In this document: in pieces, positions 1 to 12,475 of the stretch
Layout of the letters: each line of letters begins with the position of its first letter
Position numbering within the stretch: the first letter of the stretch is position 1
Assembly: GCA_963771175.1 (NCBI GenBank)
Contig: CAVYSY010000031.1
Coordinates: 128,001 to 192,000, forward strand
Direction of reading: 5' to 3'
Length of the DNA: 64,000 nucleotides
Source of the DNA: an uncultured delta proteobacterium
Lineage (GTDB): Bacteria; Myxococcota; Myxococcia; Myxococcales; Myxococcaceae
Notes under the pieces: model-generated
What the model saw: only the letters and a program-made list of their open reading frames with translations
Database searches by the model: none
What the model was told of the DNA's origin: nothing
Made by a program: the position numbers and the translations under genes

Positions 1-1387
1 CTTCTACTTCAGCATCGCCAACATGCCGGACCATCGGGCCACCTACACGGTGGTGGCGCCCAAGGGCACGGGCATGAAGGTGGACGCGCACAACATGAAG
101 GCGTCGGCGCCGGTGGTGAAGGGAGACGAGGAGGTCTTCACCTTCGAGGTGCGCAACGTGCCGCCCTTCATCCCCGAGCCGGACAGCCCGCCGTCGAGCC
201 AGGAGTACATGCCCTTCGTGGTGGTGGGCGCGGGCACCACGGGCAATGACCGGCTGGTGACGGTGTACGCGGACGCCTTCCTGGACCGGGGCGCGCTCAA
301 CTGGGAGGTGGAGGCGTTCGCGCGGGAAGCGACCGAGGGCAAGAGCGGGCTGGAGGCGGCGAAGGCGCTGTACGCGGCGGTGATGAAGCGCTTCACCGGC
401 CGGGATTCGGGGCTGTCGCAGTCGGCGGCCTCGTCGATGGCGCAGGACCGGGGCAGCCGGCTGTGGGTGCTGAAGGCGGGACTGGAGTCGCTGGGAATTC
501 CCACGCGCGTGGTGGCGGTGCGCACCTTCTCGGCGGATCCGGCGGAGTACCTGTTCCCCGAGGAGTCGCTGCTGCCGTACGTGACGCTGCGGGCGGACGT
601 GCCGGGAGCGGGTCCGGTGTGGCTGGACACCACCACGCGCTTCGCGCCGTTCGGCGAGCTGCCCGAGGCGGCGATGGGCGAGCGCGACGCATACCTGCTG
701 CCCGAGCCCGGCCGCGCGCTGGAGAAGGTGAAGACGCCCGCCCTGGGCAAGCCTCAGGGCAAGCAGGTGAAGCTGGCGCTGGAGGTGGATGAGAAGGGCC
801 AGCTCACCGGCAAGGGTGAGGAGGTCTACAGCGGCTTCCAGGCGGCGCAGCTCGGGGAGGCCTTCGAGGCCATCTCCGGGGACCGCCGGCGGCAGGCGAT
901 GCAGTCGGCGGTGGGTCGCTACTTCGGCGGAGCGGTGCTGACGGACCTGAAGCTGGAGCACTCGGAGGAGGTGGGCGCGCCCTTCACGGTGCGCTACGAG
1001 TTCAAGGCACCGAACTTCGCTCGGGCGGATGGCAACAAGCTGGTGATGCCGCCGATCAGCATGCCCGCGAACCTGGGGCGGCAGTACGTGCAGCTCAGCA
1101 CGCGCACCACGCCGTTGTTCATCGAGGCCACCGAGGAGAGCCGGACGCAGGTGACGCTGACGATGCCGAAGGGCTACCGGCTGGCGGATCCGCAGGCGCA
1201 GCTCAAGTCGGAGAGCCCGTTCGGACGCCTGCAGCACACGGAGAAGCAGGAGGGGAGCACGCTCACCGTCGACGAGACGCTGCGGGTGGAGCGCGCGCGC
1301 ATCCCGGTCCAGAAGTACGAGGACTTCGCGCACTTCGCCGGCGAGGTGGACCTCATCCAGTCGAGGGACCTGGTCCTCACGAAGTAG
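1..1387 (+). CDS. C-terminal part of DUF3857/transglutaminase-like (DUF3858) domain protein, 5'-truncated by window
   Basis: ORF 23..1387, open to window start; transglutaminase-like core (WLDTTTRFAPFGELP) and C-terminal beta-sandwich typical of DUF3857/3858 proteins. Confidence 0.65.
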   Translation, partial: FYFSIANMPDHRATYTVVAPKGTGMKVDAHNMKASAPVVKGDEEVFTFEVRNVPPFIPEPDSPPSSQEYMPFVVVGAGTTGNDRLVTVYADAFLDRGALNWEVEAFAREATEGKSGLEAAKALYAAVMKRFTGRDSGLSQSAASSMAQDRGSRLWVLKAGLESLGIPTRVVAVRTFSADPAEYLFPEESLLPYVTLRADVPGAGPVWLDTTTRFAPFGELPEAAMGERDAYLLPEPGRALEKVKTPALGKPQGKQVKLALEVDEKGQLTGKGEEVYSGFQAAQLGEAFEAISGDRRRQAMQSAVGRYFGGAVLTDLKLEHSEEVGAPFTVRYEFKAPNFARADGNKLVMPPISMPANLGRQYVQLSTRTTPLFIEATEESRTQVTLTMPKGYRLADPQAQLKSESPFGRLQHTEKQEGSTLTVDETLRVERARIPVQKYEDFAHFAGEVDLIQSRDLVLTK

Positions 1388-1457
1388 CCCGAGCGGAACG
1401 GAGTGGCGGGCCCGGGGCATGAGCAACCCGGGCTCCGCCTGCCGGGCCGTCTCCCGG

Positions 1458-1494
1458 AAATAAAAAAGGCCCAGCCTCACGAGGAGACTGGGCC
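1458..1494 (-). terminator. Rho-independent terminator of csp gene
   Basis: Minus strand GGCCCAGTCTC-ctcgt-GAGGCTGGGCC followed by TTTTTTATTT just after the csp stop. Confidence 0.8.
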
Positions 1495-1518
1495 GGTGCG
1501 GGTCCTAGCGACGCGCGA

Positions 1519-1722
1519 TCAGATGGGGCGAACGTTCTGCGCCTGCAGGCCCTTGGGGCCACGGGCGACATCGAACTCGACCTTCTGCCCTTCCTGCAGG
1601 GAGCGGAAGCCTTCGGTCTGGATCGCAGTGTGGTGGCAGAAGAGGTCCTCGCCCCCGCCGTCCTGCGTGATGAAACCGAAGCCCTTCGCGTCGTTGAACC
1701 ACTTCACGGTACCGGTTGCCAT
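1519..1722 (-). CDS. cspA: Cold-shock protein
   Basis: 67 aa, [15 protein letters not shown] (RNP1), GQKVEFDV...[10 protein letters not shown]; exact paralogue name uncertain. Confidence 0.97.
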   Translation of the reverse strand: MATGTVKWFNDAKGFGFITQDGGGEDLFCHHTAIQTEGFRSLQEGQKVEFDVARGPKGLQAQNVRPI

Positions 1723-1931
1723 TTACTCGTCTTCTTTCTTGTCCGGCATCATGAGTTGAGCCGGATGCCGATCCCCTCGGGAGTGCGGCAGTTGCCGTTT
1801 GCCACGTTTCGAGGCGAATGTCACCTATCTCCGCGACCAAAGATGAAAACCCCCGGCCCCGGGCGCCCATTCCGCGAGCCAATGTCCACTCCATGACAGG
1901 TCCATGACGGGGGGCATGCCCAGATGGCGGC

Positions 1932-2705
1932 ATGGTCTACGCCTTCTTCGCCGCCCATTGGGTGCTCTGCGTCCTCCTCCAGAGCCTCTTCCAGCACCGC
2001 TACGCCGCGCACCGCATGTACACCATGGGGCCGCGCACCGAGCGAGCCCTGCACCTGCTCACCTATCTGGTGCAGGGCGCCAGCTTCTTGTCGCCGCGGG
2101 GCTACGCCATCCTCCACCGCGAGCACCACGCCTTCTCCGACACCGAGAAGGACCCGCACGCCCCGTCCTTCCACCCCAATGCGGTGCGGATGATGCTCCA
2201 CACGAAGAAGCGCTACGACGACTACGCCTATGACCGGAAGCAGCCCGAGGCCCGTTTCCTCGGCGGCTACCCCGAGTGGCCACTCGTCGACAGGACGCTC
2301 GGCCAGTCCTGGGTGATGCGCGGCCTCTGGGTGGCCCTCTACACCGCCTTCTACGTGGCCTTCGCCACCAGCCCCTGGCAGTTCCTGCTGCTGCCCATCC
2401 ACTTCGTCATGGGCCCGGTGCACGGCGCCATCGTCAACTGGTGCGGCCACAAGTACGGCTACCGCAACTTCGCCAATGGCGATGACTCGCTCAACACCCT
2501 GCCCATGGACTTCCTCTGCATGGGCGAGCTCTTCCAGAACAACCACCACAAGTACGGGATGAGCCCCAACTTCGCCGCGCGCCGCTGGGAGTTGGATCCC
2601 ACGTGGCAGGTGATGCGCGTGCTCGCGAAGCTGGGAATCATCGAGATCGCCACGCCCCAGCGCGCCGTCTACCCCGAGCCCGAGCGCCTCGGCCAGGCGG
2701 CCTGA
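1932..2705 (+). CDS. Acyl-CoA (delta-9 type) fatty acid desaturase
   Basis: His boxes HRYAAH, HREHH, FQNNHH; hydrophobic segments. Confidence 0.9.
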   Translation: MVYAFFAAHWVLCVLLQSLFQHRYAAHRMYTMGPRTERALHLLTYLVQGASFLSPRGYAILHREHHAFSDTEKDPHAPSFHPNAVRMMLHTKKRYDDYAYDRKQPEARFLGGYPEWPLVDRTLGQSWVMRGLWVALYTAFYVAFATSPWQFLLLPIHFVMGPVHGAIVNWCGHKYGYRNFANGDDSLNTLPMDFLCMGELFQNNHHKYGMSPNFAARRWELDPTWQVMRVLAKLGIIEIATPQRAVYPEPERLGQAA

Positions 2706-2710
2706 GTCCG

Positions 2711-3472
2711 CTACTCGAACCTGCCGTGCCGGCCGGCGCCGCGAGCGAAGCGCGTCGCCCCCGCCAGGGACTCGGACTCGAGCACCTGGATACCACCGCG
2801 AAACTCCTGGAGGAGCGCCTCCTCCATGGAGAGCCCGGCCTGGGCATATGCCGAGCGCCGATCCGCGTTCATGCACGCCTGCGGGAAGGCGGAGATCTCC
2901 CGGGCCAGGGACTCGGCGGCCTCGCGCGCGTTGCCACGGGGCACCACGCGGTTGACGAGCCCCATGGCCAACGCCTCCTGCGCGGACACCGGGCGGCCGG
3001 TGAGGATGAGGTCCAGCGCGCGCGAGAGGCCAATCAGCCGGGGCAGCCGCACCGTGCCTCCGTCGATGAGCGGCACGCCCCAGCGCCGGCAGAACACGCC
3101 CAGCACGGCGTCCTCCTCGGCGACGCGCAGGTCACACCAAAGGGCCAGCTCCAGCCCTCCGGCGACGGCATGGCCGGAGATGGCGGCAATCACCGGCTTG
3201 CCCAGCACCATCCGCGAGGGCCCCATGGGTCCGTCGCCCTCGGGCTCCAGGTGCGGCAGCCGGCCCTCGGCCACCGCCTTCAAGTCCGCGCCCGCGCAGA
3301 AGGTGCCGCCCTCGCCGAAGAAGACGCCCACCTTCGCCTCGCCATCCGCGTCGAACTCGCGGAAGGCATTGGCGAGCGCCTGGGCCGTGGGTCCATCCAC
3401 GGCGTTGCGCACGTCGGGGCGACTGAGGATGACGGTGGTGATGGGACCGTTCTTCTCGACGCGGACACTCAT
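2711..3472 (-). CDS. Enoyl-CoA hydratase/isomerase (crotonase)
   Basis: RNAV, FCAGADL, KPVIAAISGHAVAGGLELALWCDLR; start placed at MSVRVEK. Confidence 0.93.
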   Translation of the reverse strand: MSVRVEKNGPITTVILSRPDVRNAVDGPTAQALANAFREFDADGEAKVGVFFGEGGTFCAGADLKAVAEGRLPHLEPEGDGPMGPSRMVLGKPVIAAISGHAVAGGLELALWCDLRVAEEDAVLGVFCRRWGVPLIDGGTVRLPRLIGLSRALDLILTGRPVSAQEALAMGLVNRVVPRGNAREAAESLAREISAFPQACMNADRRSAYAQAGLSMEEALLQEFRGGIQVLESESLAGATRFARGAGRHGRFE

Positions 3473-3486
3473 GGACGCAGGTCCCC

Positions 3487-3987
3487 CTAGAACGCGTAGC
3501 GTACGGTGGCTTGAGACCCGGCGAAGCGCAGCTCGACGGTGCCGTGCTCGCCCCTGTTCTGCTCGCGCCAGCGCTGCTGGAGCGGCGTGAGGTCGAAGCT
3601 CGCCGTCCGGGTCAGCAGCGCCTTGCACATATCCCCGTGGGCGTCATGGGCCAGCACGAGCTCCGCCTGGGCCTCACCCGTCGCCGAGCCCTGGAAGGTC
3701 CCGTTCCAGAGGAGCTCATACGAGTGCTCCCTGCAGCCGCCGGAGTGCGTCACCCTGGCCACCAGCGTGTTCCCCTGGAGCTCGACGCTCTCGATGTCGA
3801 GGCCATCCTTGAGCGCGGGAGACTCGGTCACTCGCAGGGGCGTGGACGCGGGCGCGGCCACGGAGGGCTCGGCGGGACTCTCGGCCGGAGGGGAGGACCG
3901 GGTGTTGTCACCCCCCGTCGAGGTCGAGGGCCCCGCACATCCGAGCAGGGCACTGAGAACGAGACCACTCCAGACTGGCTTCCGCAT
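3487..3987 (-). CDS. Lipoprotein, NigD-like C-terminal beta-sandwich
   Basis: Lipobox LLGC after MRK + hydrophobic stretch; SGGCxEH...HDAHGDMCKA pattern recalled from NigD-like proteins. Confidence 0.55.
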   Translation of the reverse strand: MRKPVWSGLVLSALLGCAGPSTSTGGDNTRSSPPAESPAEPSVAAPASTPLRVTESPALKDGLDIESVELQGNTLVARVTHSGGCREHSYELLWNGTFQGSATGEAQAELVLAHDAHGDMCKALLTRTASFDLTPLQQRWREQNRGEHGTVELRFAGSQATVRYAF

Positions 3988-4030
3988 ATCCCCTCCTGAT
4001 GGCCAGCTTCGGCCGGGATTCACGCGGAGC

Positions 4031-4588
4031 CTACATCCACCCGAGCTGCAGTCGCGCCACGTCCGACATGCGGCCCTGGTCCCAGGGTGGGTCCCAGACG
4101 AGCTGCACGTCCGCCTCCTTCACCCCGGGCACGTCCTGCACCTTGCGCCGCACGTCGTCCACCAGCACGGGCCCCATGCCGCACCCCGGCGCGGTGACCG
4201 TCATCTGGATCTCCACCTTCTGCCCACCCTCCGGCAGCGGCGTGGCCTTGCACTGGTACACCAGCCCCAGCTCCACGATGTTCACCGGAATCTCCGGGTC
4301 GTACACCGTACGGAGCTGCTCCCAGACTCGCTCCTCGTCGAACGTGCCCTCGGCGACGGGCGCTGACGGCTCGGCCCGCGGATTCTGAGCGACGTAGTCG
4401 GCGCCCAGCGCATCCGAGTCCTTCTCGTCGATGCGCATGAGCTGCCCGTAATCGCCCTGCACGGTCACGTTGCCGCCGAGCGTCTGGAGCACCCGCACCT
4501 CGGTGCCCGCGGGCACCATCACCCGCTCGCCGCTGGGAATCATCGTCACTTCGCAGTCCCGCGCGAGCGGTGTCATCAAACCCCTCAT
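4031..4588 (-). CDS. sufT: Fe-S cluster assembly protein SufT (DUF59)
   Basis: VYDPEIPVNIVELGLVY, TAPGCGMG, WDPPW; last gene of suf operon. Confidence 0.92.
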   Translation of the reverse strand: MRGLMTPLARDCEVTMIPSGERVMVPAGTEVRVLQTLGGNVTVQGDYGQLMRIDEKDSDALGADYVAQNPRAEPSAPVAEGTFDEERVWEQLRTVYDPEIPVNIVELGLVYQCKATPLPEGGQKVEIQMTVTAPGCGMGPVLVDDVRRKVQDVPGVKEADVQLVWDPPWDQGRMSDVARLQLGWM

Positions 4589-4601
4589 CCGGACATCCTC
4601 C

Positions 4602-5054
4602 CTACTCCGTCGAGACGGAGGCTTCCTTGCCATCGAGCGCCGCGCGCAGCGCGTGCCATGCGAGGCTGGCGCACTTCACCCGGGCCGGGAATGCATTCAC
4701 CCCGGACAGCACCGCCAATTTGCCCAGGGCCCCCATGTCCAATCCCTCGGGGCCCTCCGTCACCAGCTTGTGCACCAGCGCGTAGAGCTCCTCGGCCTGG
4801 GCCCGAGACAGCTCCTTCACCGCCCCCGTCATCAGCGACGCCGAGGCCCTCGAGATGGCGCACCCCTGCCCCACGAAGCCCACGTCCTTGATGACGTCGC
4901 CTTCCATCCGCAGCGTCACCGTGAGCTGGTCGCCGCACAGCGGGTTGTAACCATCGGCCCGCCGGTTGGCGCCCTCCACCTCGCGGAAGTTGCGCGGTCG
5001 CTTGCCGTGCTCCAGCACCACCTCTTGGTAGAGGTCCTGCAACTCCGAGCTCAT
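4602..5054 (-). CDS. sufU: SUF system NifU/IscU-like protein
   Basis: LYQEVVLEH, NPLCGD, GCAISRAS, RVKCA. Confidence 0.93.
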   Translation of the reverse strand: MSSELQDLYQEVVLEHGKRPRNFREVEGANRRADGYNPLCGDQLTVTLRMEGDVIKDVGFVGQGCAISRASASLMTGAVKELSRAQAEELYALVHKLVTEGPEGLDMGALGKLAVLSGVNAFPARVKCASLAWHALRAALDGKEASVSTE

Positions 5055-6280
5055 GCGAACACCTCCCGCACCTTGTGCAGCCCGCGCACGAGCGCGTCGA
5101 TGTCCTCGCGCGTGTTGTACATGGCCAGCGAGGCACGCACCGTGGCCGCCACCCCGAAGCACGCCAGCAGCGGCTGCGCGCAGTGGTGGCCCGCCCGGAT
5201 GGCCACGCCCTCCCGGTCCAGGATGGTGCCCACGTCGTGCGCGTGGACATCCTCCATGATGAAGGACAGCACGCCCGAGCGCTCGCGCGCCCGGCCCATC
5301 AGCTTCAGGCCCGGCACGCTCTGGAGCGCCTGCGTCCCGTACTCCAGCAGATCCCTGTCGTGCGCCGCGATGGCGTCCAGCCCCACCGAGTCGATGTAGT
5401 CCAGCGCCGCCCCCAGCCCCACCGCGCCCGCGATGTCCGGCGTGCCCGCCTCGAAGCGGTAGGGCAGCCGGTTGTAGACGGTCTTCTCCATCGTCACGGT
5501 GAGGATCATGTCCCCGCCGCCCTGCCACGGCGGCAGCGACTCCAGCATCGCGGCCTTGCCGTACAGCACGCCGATGCCCGTGGGCCCGAAGGCCTTGTGC
5601 CCGGAGAGGGCGTAGAAGTCGCAGTCCAGGTCCTGCACGTCCACGCGGAAGTGCTGGAGCGCCTGGGCCCCGTCCACCAGCACCGGCACGCCCTTGGCGT
5701 GGGCCCGCCGGATGATGTCACGCACCGGGTTCACCGTGCCCAGCGCGTTGGACACGTGCGTCACCGCGAGCAGCTTCGTGCGCTCCGTCAGCAGCGCGTC
5801 GAGCTGGTCCATCCGCAGATCGCCGTACTCGTCCACCGGCACCATCTTCAGCGTGGCGCCCGTCTGCTGGCAGGCCATCTGCCAGGGGACGATGTTGGAG
5901 TGGTGCTCCATGGCGGTGATGAGCACCTCGTCGCCGGGTCCCAGCTTGCTGCGCCCGAACGTCTGCGCCACCAGGTTGACGGCCTCGGTGCAGCCGCGCA
6001 CGAAGATGATCTCCTTCGTGTCGCGCGCGTTGATGAACCGGCGGACCCGCTCGCGAGCGCCCTCGTAGGCCACCGTGGCCCGTTCGGAGAGCGCGTGCAC
6101 GCCCCGGTGCACGTTGGCGTTGTCGTGCGTGTAGTAGCGCACCAGCGAGTCGATGACCGACCGCGGCTTCTGCGTCGTCGCCGCGCTGTCCAGGTACACC
6201 AGCGGCCGGCCCCGCACCTCCTGGTGGAGGATGGGGAAGTCCGCGCGGATGCGCGCCACGTCGAAGGTTGTCCCGCTCAT
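5051..6280 (-). CDS. sufS: Cysteine desulfurase
   Basis: YLDSAATTQKP, SGHK, RAGHHCAQP; 4-nt overlaps with neighbours. Confidence 0.97.
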   Translation of the reverse strand: MSGTTFDVARIRADFPILHQEVRGRPLVYLDSAATTQKPRSVIDSLVRYYTHDNANVHRGVHALSERATVAYEGARERVRRFINARDTKEIIFVRGCTEAVNLVAQTFGRSKLGPGDEVLITAMEHHSNIVPWQMACQQTGATLKMVPVDEYGDLRMDQLDALLTERTKLLAVTHVSNALGTVNPVRDIIRRAHAKGVPVLVDGAQALQHFRVDVQDLDCDFYALSGHKAFGPTGIGVLYGKAAMLESLPPWQGGGDMILTVTMEKTVYNRLPYRFEAGTPDIAGAVGLGAALDYIDSVGLDAIAAHDRDLLEYGTQALQSVPGLKLMGRARERSGVLSFIMEDVHAHDVGTILDREGVAIRAGHHCAQPLLACFGVAATVRASLAMYNTREDIDALVRGLHKVREVFA

Positions 6281-7601
6281 GCCCGTCCCTCTTTCGCTCC
6301 CGGCAGCTTGCGCGCCAGCAATTCCTCCACCTGCTCCCTCAACGTCGCCAGCGGCACCGCGTCCACCACCTCGCTGGCGAAGGCATGCGTCATCAGCCGC
6401 TCCGCCAGCGCGCGGGGAATGCCGCGGGAGCGCAGGTAGAAGAGCGCCTGCTCGTCCAGGCGGCCCACCGTCGCGCCGTGCGCGCACTTCACGTCGTCCG
6501 CCAGAATCTCCAACTGCGGCCGGGAGTCCGCCATCGCCGCCTCGGAGAGCAGGAGGTTTCGGTTGGACTGGCGCGAGTCCGTCTGCTGCGCGTCCGGCCG
6601 CACCAGCACCTTGCCGTGGAAGGTACCCCGCGCCTTGTCGTCCAGCACGCCCTTGTACAGCTCGCGGCTGGTGCAGCGCGGGCGCGCGTGGTCCAGGTTC
6701 GTCCAGTTGTCCAGGTGCTGCGTACCGTGGCCCACGTACAGTCCCTGGAGGATGCACTCGCCGCCCTCGTCCGCGAAGGCGGCGTGGATCTCACTGCGTG
6801 CGATCGACCCCCCCAGCGAGATGACGTGCGAGGCGAAGCGACTGTCCCGCCCCTGCTCCACGTGCAGGCCGCCGATGTGGTAGGCCGTTTCCGACTCGGC
6901 CTGCAGCTTGAGGTGCGTGACTCGCGCCCCCTGCCCCAACACCACCTCCGTCACCGCGTTGGTGAAGGAGACGCCCGGCGCCGCGCCCACGTAGCTCTCC
7001 ACCAGCGTGAGCTCGCTGTTGTCCCCGGCCTGCACCACCACCCGGGGGCTCGCCAGCGCCACGTGGTTGTCGCCCCGCGCGAGGAAGAGGAGCTGCACGG
7101 GCTCGGAGCACACCGTCCCGGGCGCCAGCCGCACCAGCGCGCCCTCTTCCAGCAGCGCCGCGTTGAGCGCGATGAAGCCGTGCATCTCCGCGCGCGCCCG
7201 CCGGCCGACCACCGCCTCCAGCCCCTCGCCATCCTGGTCCAGCGCCTCGCGCAGGCTGCGCACCGTGAGGCCCTCGGGCCCCCCGTCCAGCCGGGACAGC
7301 TCCCGGACGAACCAGCCATCCACGAAGACCAGCCGCGGCCCCGTACCCGGCAGCGCGAGCCGCGCCACCGCCGCCTCCACCCCGGCCTCGTGCACGGTGC
7401 GCACGGGCGTGAAGGCATGGCCGGAGATGGGAGCCACGTTCAGGTACTTCCAGTCCTCGTGCTTCGTGGTGGGGAAGCCCTGGCGCGCGAGCTGCGCGAT
7501 GGCCTCCTGCCGCATGGCGCGCAGCCACCCGGGCGCGCCCGCCGCCCGCTCCGCCTGGAAGCGCTCGGCCAGGTCGAGATAGTGCTGCAGCCCCGCCTCC
7601 G

Positions 7602-7605
<4 letters not shown>
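6277..7605 (-). CDS. sufD: Fe-S cluster assembly protein SufD
   Basis: EDWKY, PQLEILADDVKCAHGATVG, FYLRSRGI; GTG start overlapping sufC stop. Confidence 0.95.
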
Positions 7606-9813
<2,208 letters not shown>

Positions 9814-9817
<4 letters not shown>

Positions 9818-10317
9818 GAGTGGACTCCTCCCGCCGTGACCGGGGTGGGGGTTGGGTTCTGCGCCGGGCGCGCGGGCACCCCGAGGCCCACGAGGCGCGG
9901 CACGGGTGAGCACAGGTCCGCCAGCGTCAGCCGGCCGAGCGCGTCCTGGATGGTGCGGTTGATGATGCGCCAGTGACCGCGCACCCGGCACACCGTCTCC
10001 AGCTCGCAGGTGCCGGCCGGCGTGTGGGCACCGTGCGCGCCACACTCGGTGAGGGACACGGGGCCCTCGAGCGCGGCGATGATCTCCGTGAGCGGAATCC
10101 GCTCAGCGGGTTGGGCCAGCCCATAGCCGCCGCTGGCGCCCCGGTGGGATACCAGCAGGCCAGCACCCTGGAGGCCCTTCAGCACCTTGCTCACCGAGGG
10201 GAGGGGCACACCGGTACCTGCCGCCAACTCCCTCGCCGTGCGCGTCTCGTTCCCGGCGCGCGCCAGCTCGGTCAGCAGCACGATGCCGTAGTCGGTCATC
10301 TTGCTCATCCGGAGCAT
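9814..10317 (-). CDS. Rrf2-family SUF system regulator
   Basis: [20 protein letters not shown], three Cys (EC...C.....C); first gene of suf operon. Confidence 0.9.
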
Positions 10318-10375
10318 TCGGAATCTCTCCAGCCATCCGGCCCCCCACTTCCGAGAGGCCTCTGCGTGGTGGCTC

Positions 10376-10406
10376 TTTAAACAGGACTAAGCTGGTCCGC
10401 ATTAAA
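10376..10406. promoter_or_regulatory. Probable Rrf2/IscR-type operator
   Basis: Dyad TTTAA-aca-GGAC-N7-GTCC-gca-TTAAA ~60 bp upstream of the Rrf2 gene; resembles GAC-N7-GTC IscR type 1 sites. Confidence 0.7.
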
Positions 10407-10560
10407 AATCGTGCCACCGCGGGCTTGGCGCCCCGGTTGCCCGACGACTGGGAGTAAAGGCCCGTCTCAGCCCCTTCCCCTTCTCCAGATTCCAGGGCTA
10501 CTCAGGCAGCGGGATACCCAGGGCATCGAACATCCGACGCGCACAGGACCTTAGTTCGAG

Positions 10561-10854
10561 CTACGGCCTGCCGTCATCCATGGACATGGTGGGCAGTAGT
10601 TCCAGCATCCGCACGAGCGCGACTTCGGCCTCGGCCGCACGCGGAAAGGTCGCCGCGTTGACGCCAGCCTGCGAGAACCGGGCGAGTTCCAGGCACTTCC
10701 TGGCGGACTCCTCGAAGTCGCGCCGGAGCTTCTCGTCGCCCATGCGCTGGCGCAGCCCCTCCCACGACTCGGAAAGGATGGCGGCATGGCCGAGCGTGTT
10801 GAACGCCATGGCCATCGTCCTGGCGATATCCGCGATCGACATCGACCCGCTCAT
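10561..10854 (-). CDS. Hypothetical protein (97 aa)
   Basis: ORF with ATGA overlap to upstream ORF; no recognised motif. Confidence 0.4.
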   Translation of the reverse strand: MSGSMSIADIARTMAMAFNTLGHAAILSESWEGLRQRMGDEKLRRDFEESARKCLELARFSQAGVNAATFPRAAEAEVALVRMLELLPTMSMDDGRP

Positions 10855-11345
10855 GGCTCGGCTCCCGCGGTGCGTACCTCGGGCAGGTCCGTGTCAACGC
10901 ACCAGGGACCGGCGAACATCTCTCCGATGGCTGGAATGAAGCCGTACGCGGAACCAGTGCGCTGCGTGCCCGTCATGCAGCCGTAGGAACACCAGCACTT
11001 GAAGACGAGATTCTTGAAGGCATCGGGCATGGGCTCCGGGCAGAAGCTACACGAGCCCTTGCCGCAGTGGATGACGCTGCACACGGCCCGACCGCACCGC
11101 ACCGTGGCCGGACACCCTAATTCCATGCACTCGAATTGTGGGCTGAACAGCCCATCGTCTCCGACCAGGATGATGCGCGGGTTCTCTTCCACCCGCGGAT
11201 TCACCTCCGAGGGACGCACATCCGCTACCCCGCGCCGTGCACCCCGGGGTGTGGCACAGGCCATCAACAATCGCCCCAGCACCAGCGACCAGAGGACAGC
11301 ACGAGAATGAGCACGAACCCGCCAACACAGCCCATTTTCCCACAT
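10851..11345 (-). CDS. Cys-rich putative lipoprotein
   Basis: Hydrophobic N-terminal stretch ending LLMAC; 11 Cys in C-terminal ~80 aa. Confidence 0.45.
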   Translation of the reverse strand: MWENGLCWRVRAHSRAVLWSLVLGRLLMACATPRGARRGVADVRPSEVNPRVEENPRIILVGDDGLFSPQFECMELGCPATVRCGRAVCSVIHCGKGSCSFCPEPMPDAFKNLVFKCWCSYGCMTGTQRTGSAYGFIPAIGEMFAGPWCVDTDLPEVRTAGAEP

Positions 11346-11384
11346 GACCGGCCCCCCCTTTGGGATCGACCGCAGTTCTCGCTT

Positions 11385-12297
11385 CTAGTCGAATTCAAGC
11401 ATCGGCGGGCTCAAGACCTCGCCGCCACTGGTGCACTTCAGAACATAGTCAAGGGCGGCATTGGGTACGGACGGTTTATAGCTAGACCGGGCAACAGGCA
11501 GCACTCGCACACCGGGCGCGGCCCTCGCCACGAATTTATCGACGGCATTCGCTTCGGCCTCGCTGTAGCAATCAATCCTTGTCCCTGGAGGAATGGGCAC
11601 GAAGTCGGGAGCGAGCACTTCCAAGGCACCACTGCCTCGCCGAACAGTCTCGCAAGATGCTGGTCGCTTCGCCCGCACTTACGCCCACGGGAATCATGAA
11701 CGGCTCACGCCGAAACCCGTGCTCGCTCGATTCACTGAAGGTTCCGTGGTTGCGAGCGATATTGTATCGGCAGACCAGCACGCCATGCGCAGGGAGGTGC
11801 TCGGTCGGAATCGAGAAGCACACGTGCGGAAAACCTTGCCCGAGCTTTGCGTCGAGGAGTTCAAACTCCAGGAAGGCCATCAGATGGACGACACCTGCAA
11901 ACCCGCGCTTTTCGTCGGTCGACCAAGAGGAGCGGCGGAAGTGCGAAGTGAGGTACCCATGTGCGCGGAGCGCGTTCTTCGAAAGGAGCGCACCTGACTG
12001 AAGGATGAGCGGAACGTAGTGCAATGGCGCGGCGTGGAACACCTGGGCCACGCCACCTGCGATGAGCGCATCCCGTACGGAATCCGGATGCTTTGGAGCT
12101 TGGGACCGCCTCTCCGCCAATCCGATCCGGTTCTGTTGCTCGGCGGAAATCTGGCCATCAGGAACGATTTCAAGCTCCGACACCGGGAATCTCCTCTTTC
12201 CAACAACGAAGTGGACTACCCATCGGTCGGCGCTGCTTTCCTCGTCAATGCGGCGTCCAAATCCGAGGTCCCGGTTGAGCCTGTGGCGCACGAACAT
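11385..12297 (-). pseudogene. DarT (DUF4433)-like ADP-ribosyltransferase, split by frameshift near 11650
   Basis: VFHAAPLHYVPLILQSGALLSK resembles DarT N-terminus; YNIAR; second frame supplies LEVLAPDFVP...IDCYS resembling the catalytic-Glu strand. Confidence 0.55.
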
Positions 12298-12475
12298 GGG
12301 GAACAAGGTTAAAATGCTTGGTGATATCAAACAATCCCGGCTTCGTTCGCTGCCGACCCTTTCGCGGCAACGGTTGTTTCGAAGCATCCAATGACGAGGA
12401 TAGGACAGGGAGGCAGACAACGGCTTCTGATGGCCAAGTCGGCGCGCTAAGACCTGACGTCAGAAGAGGGAATCC

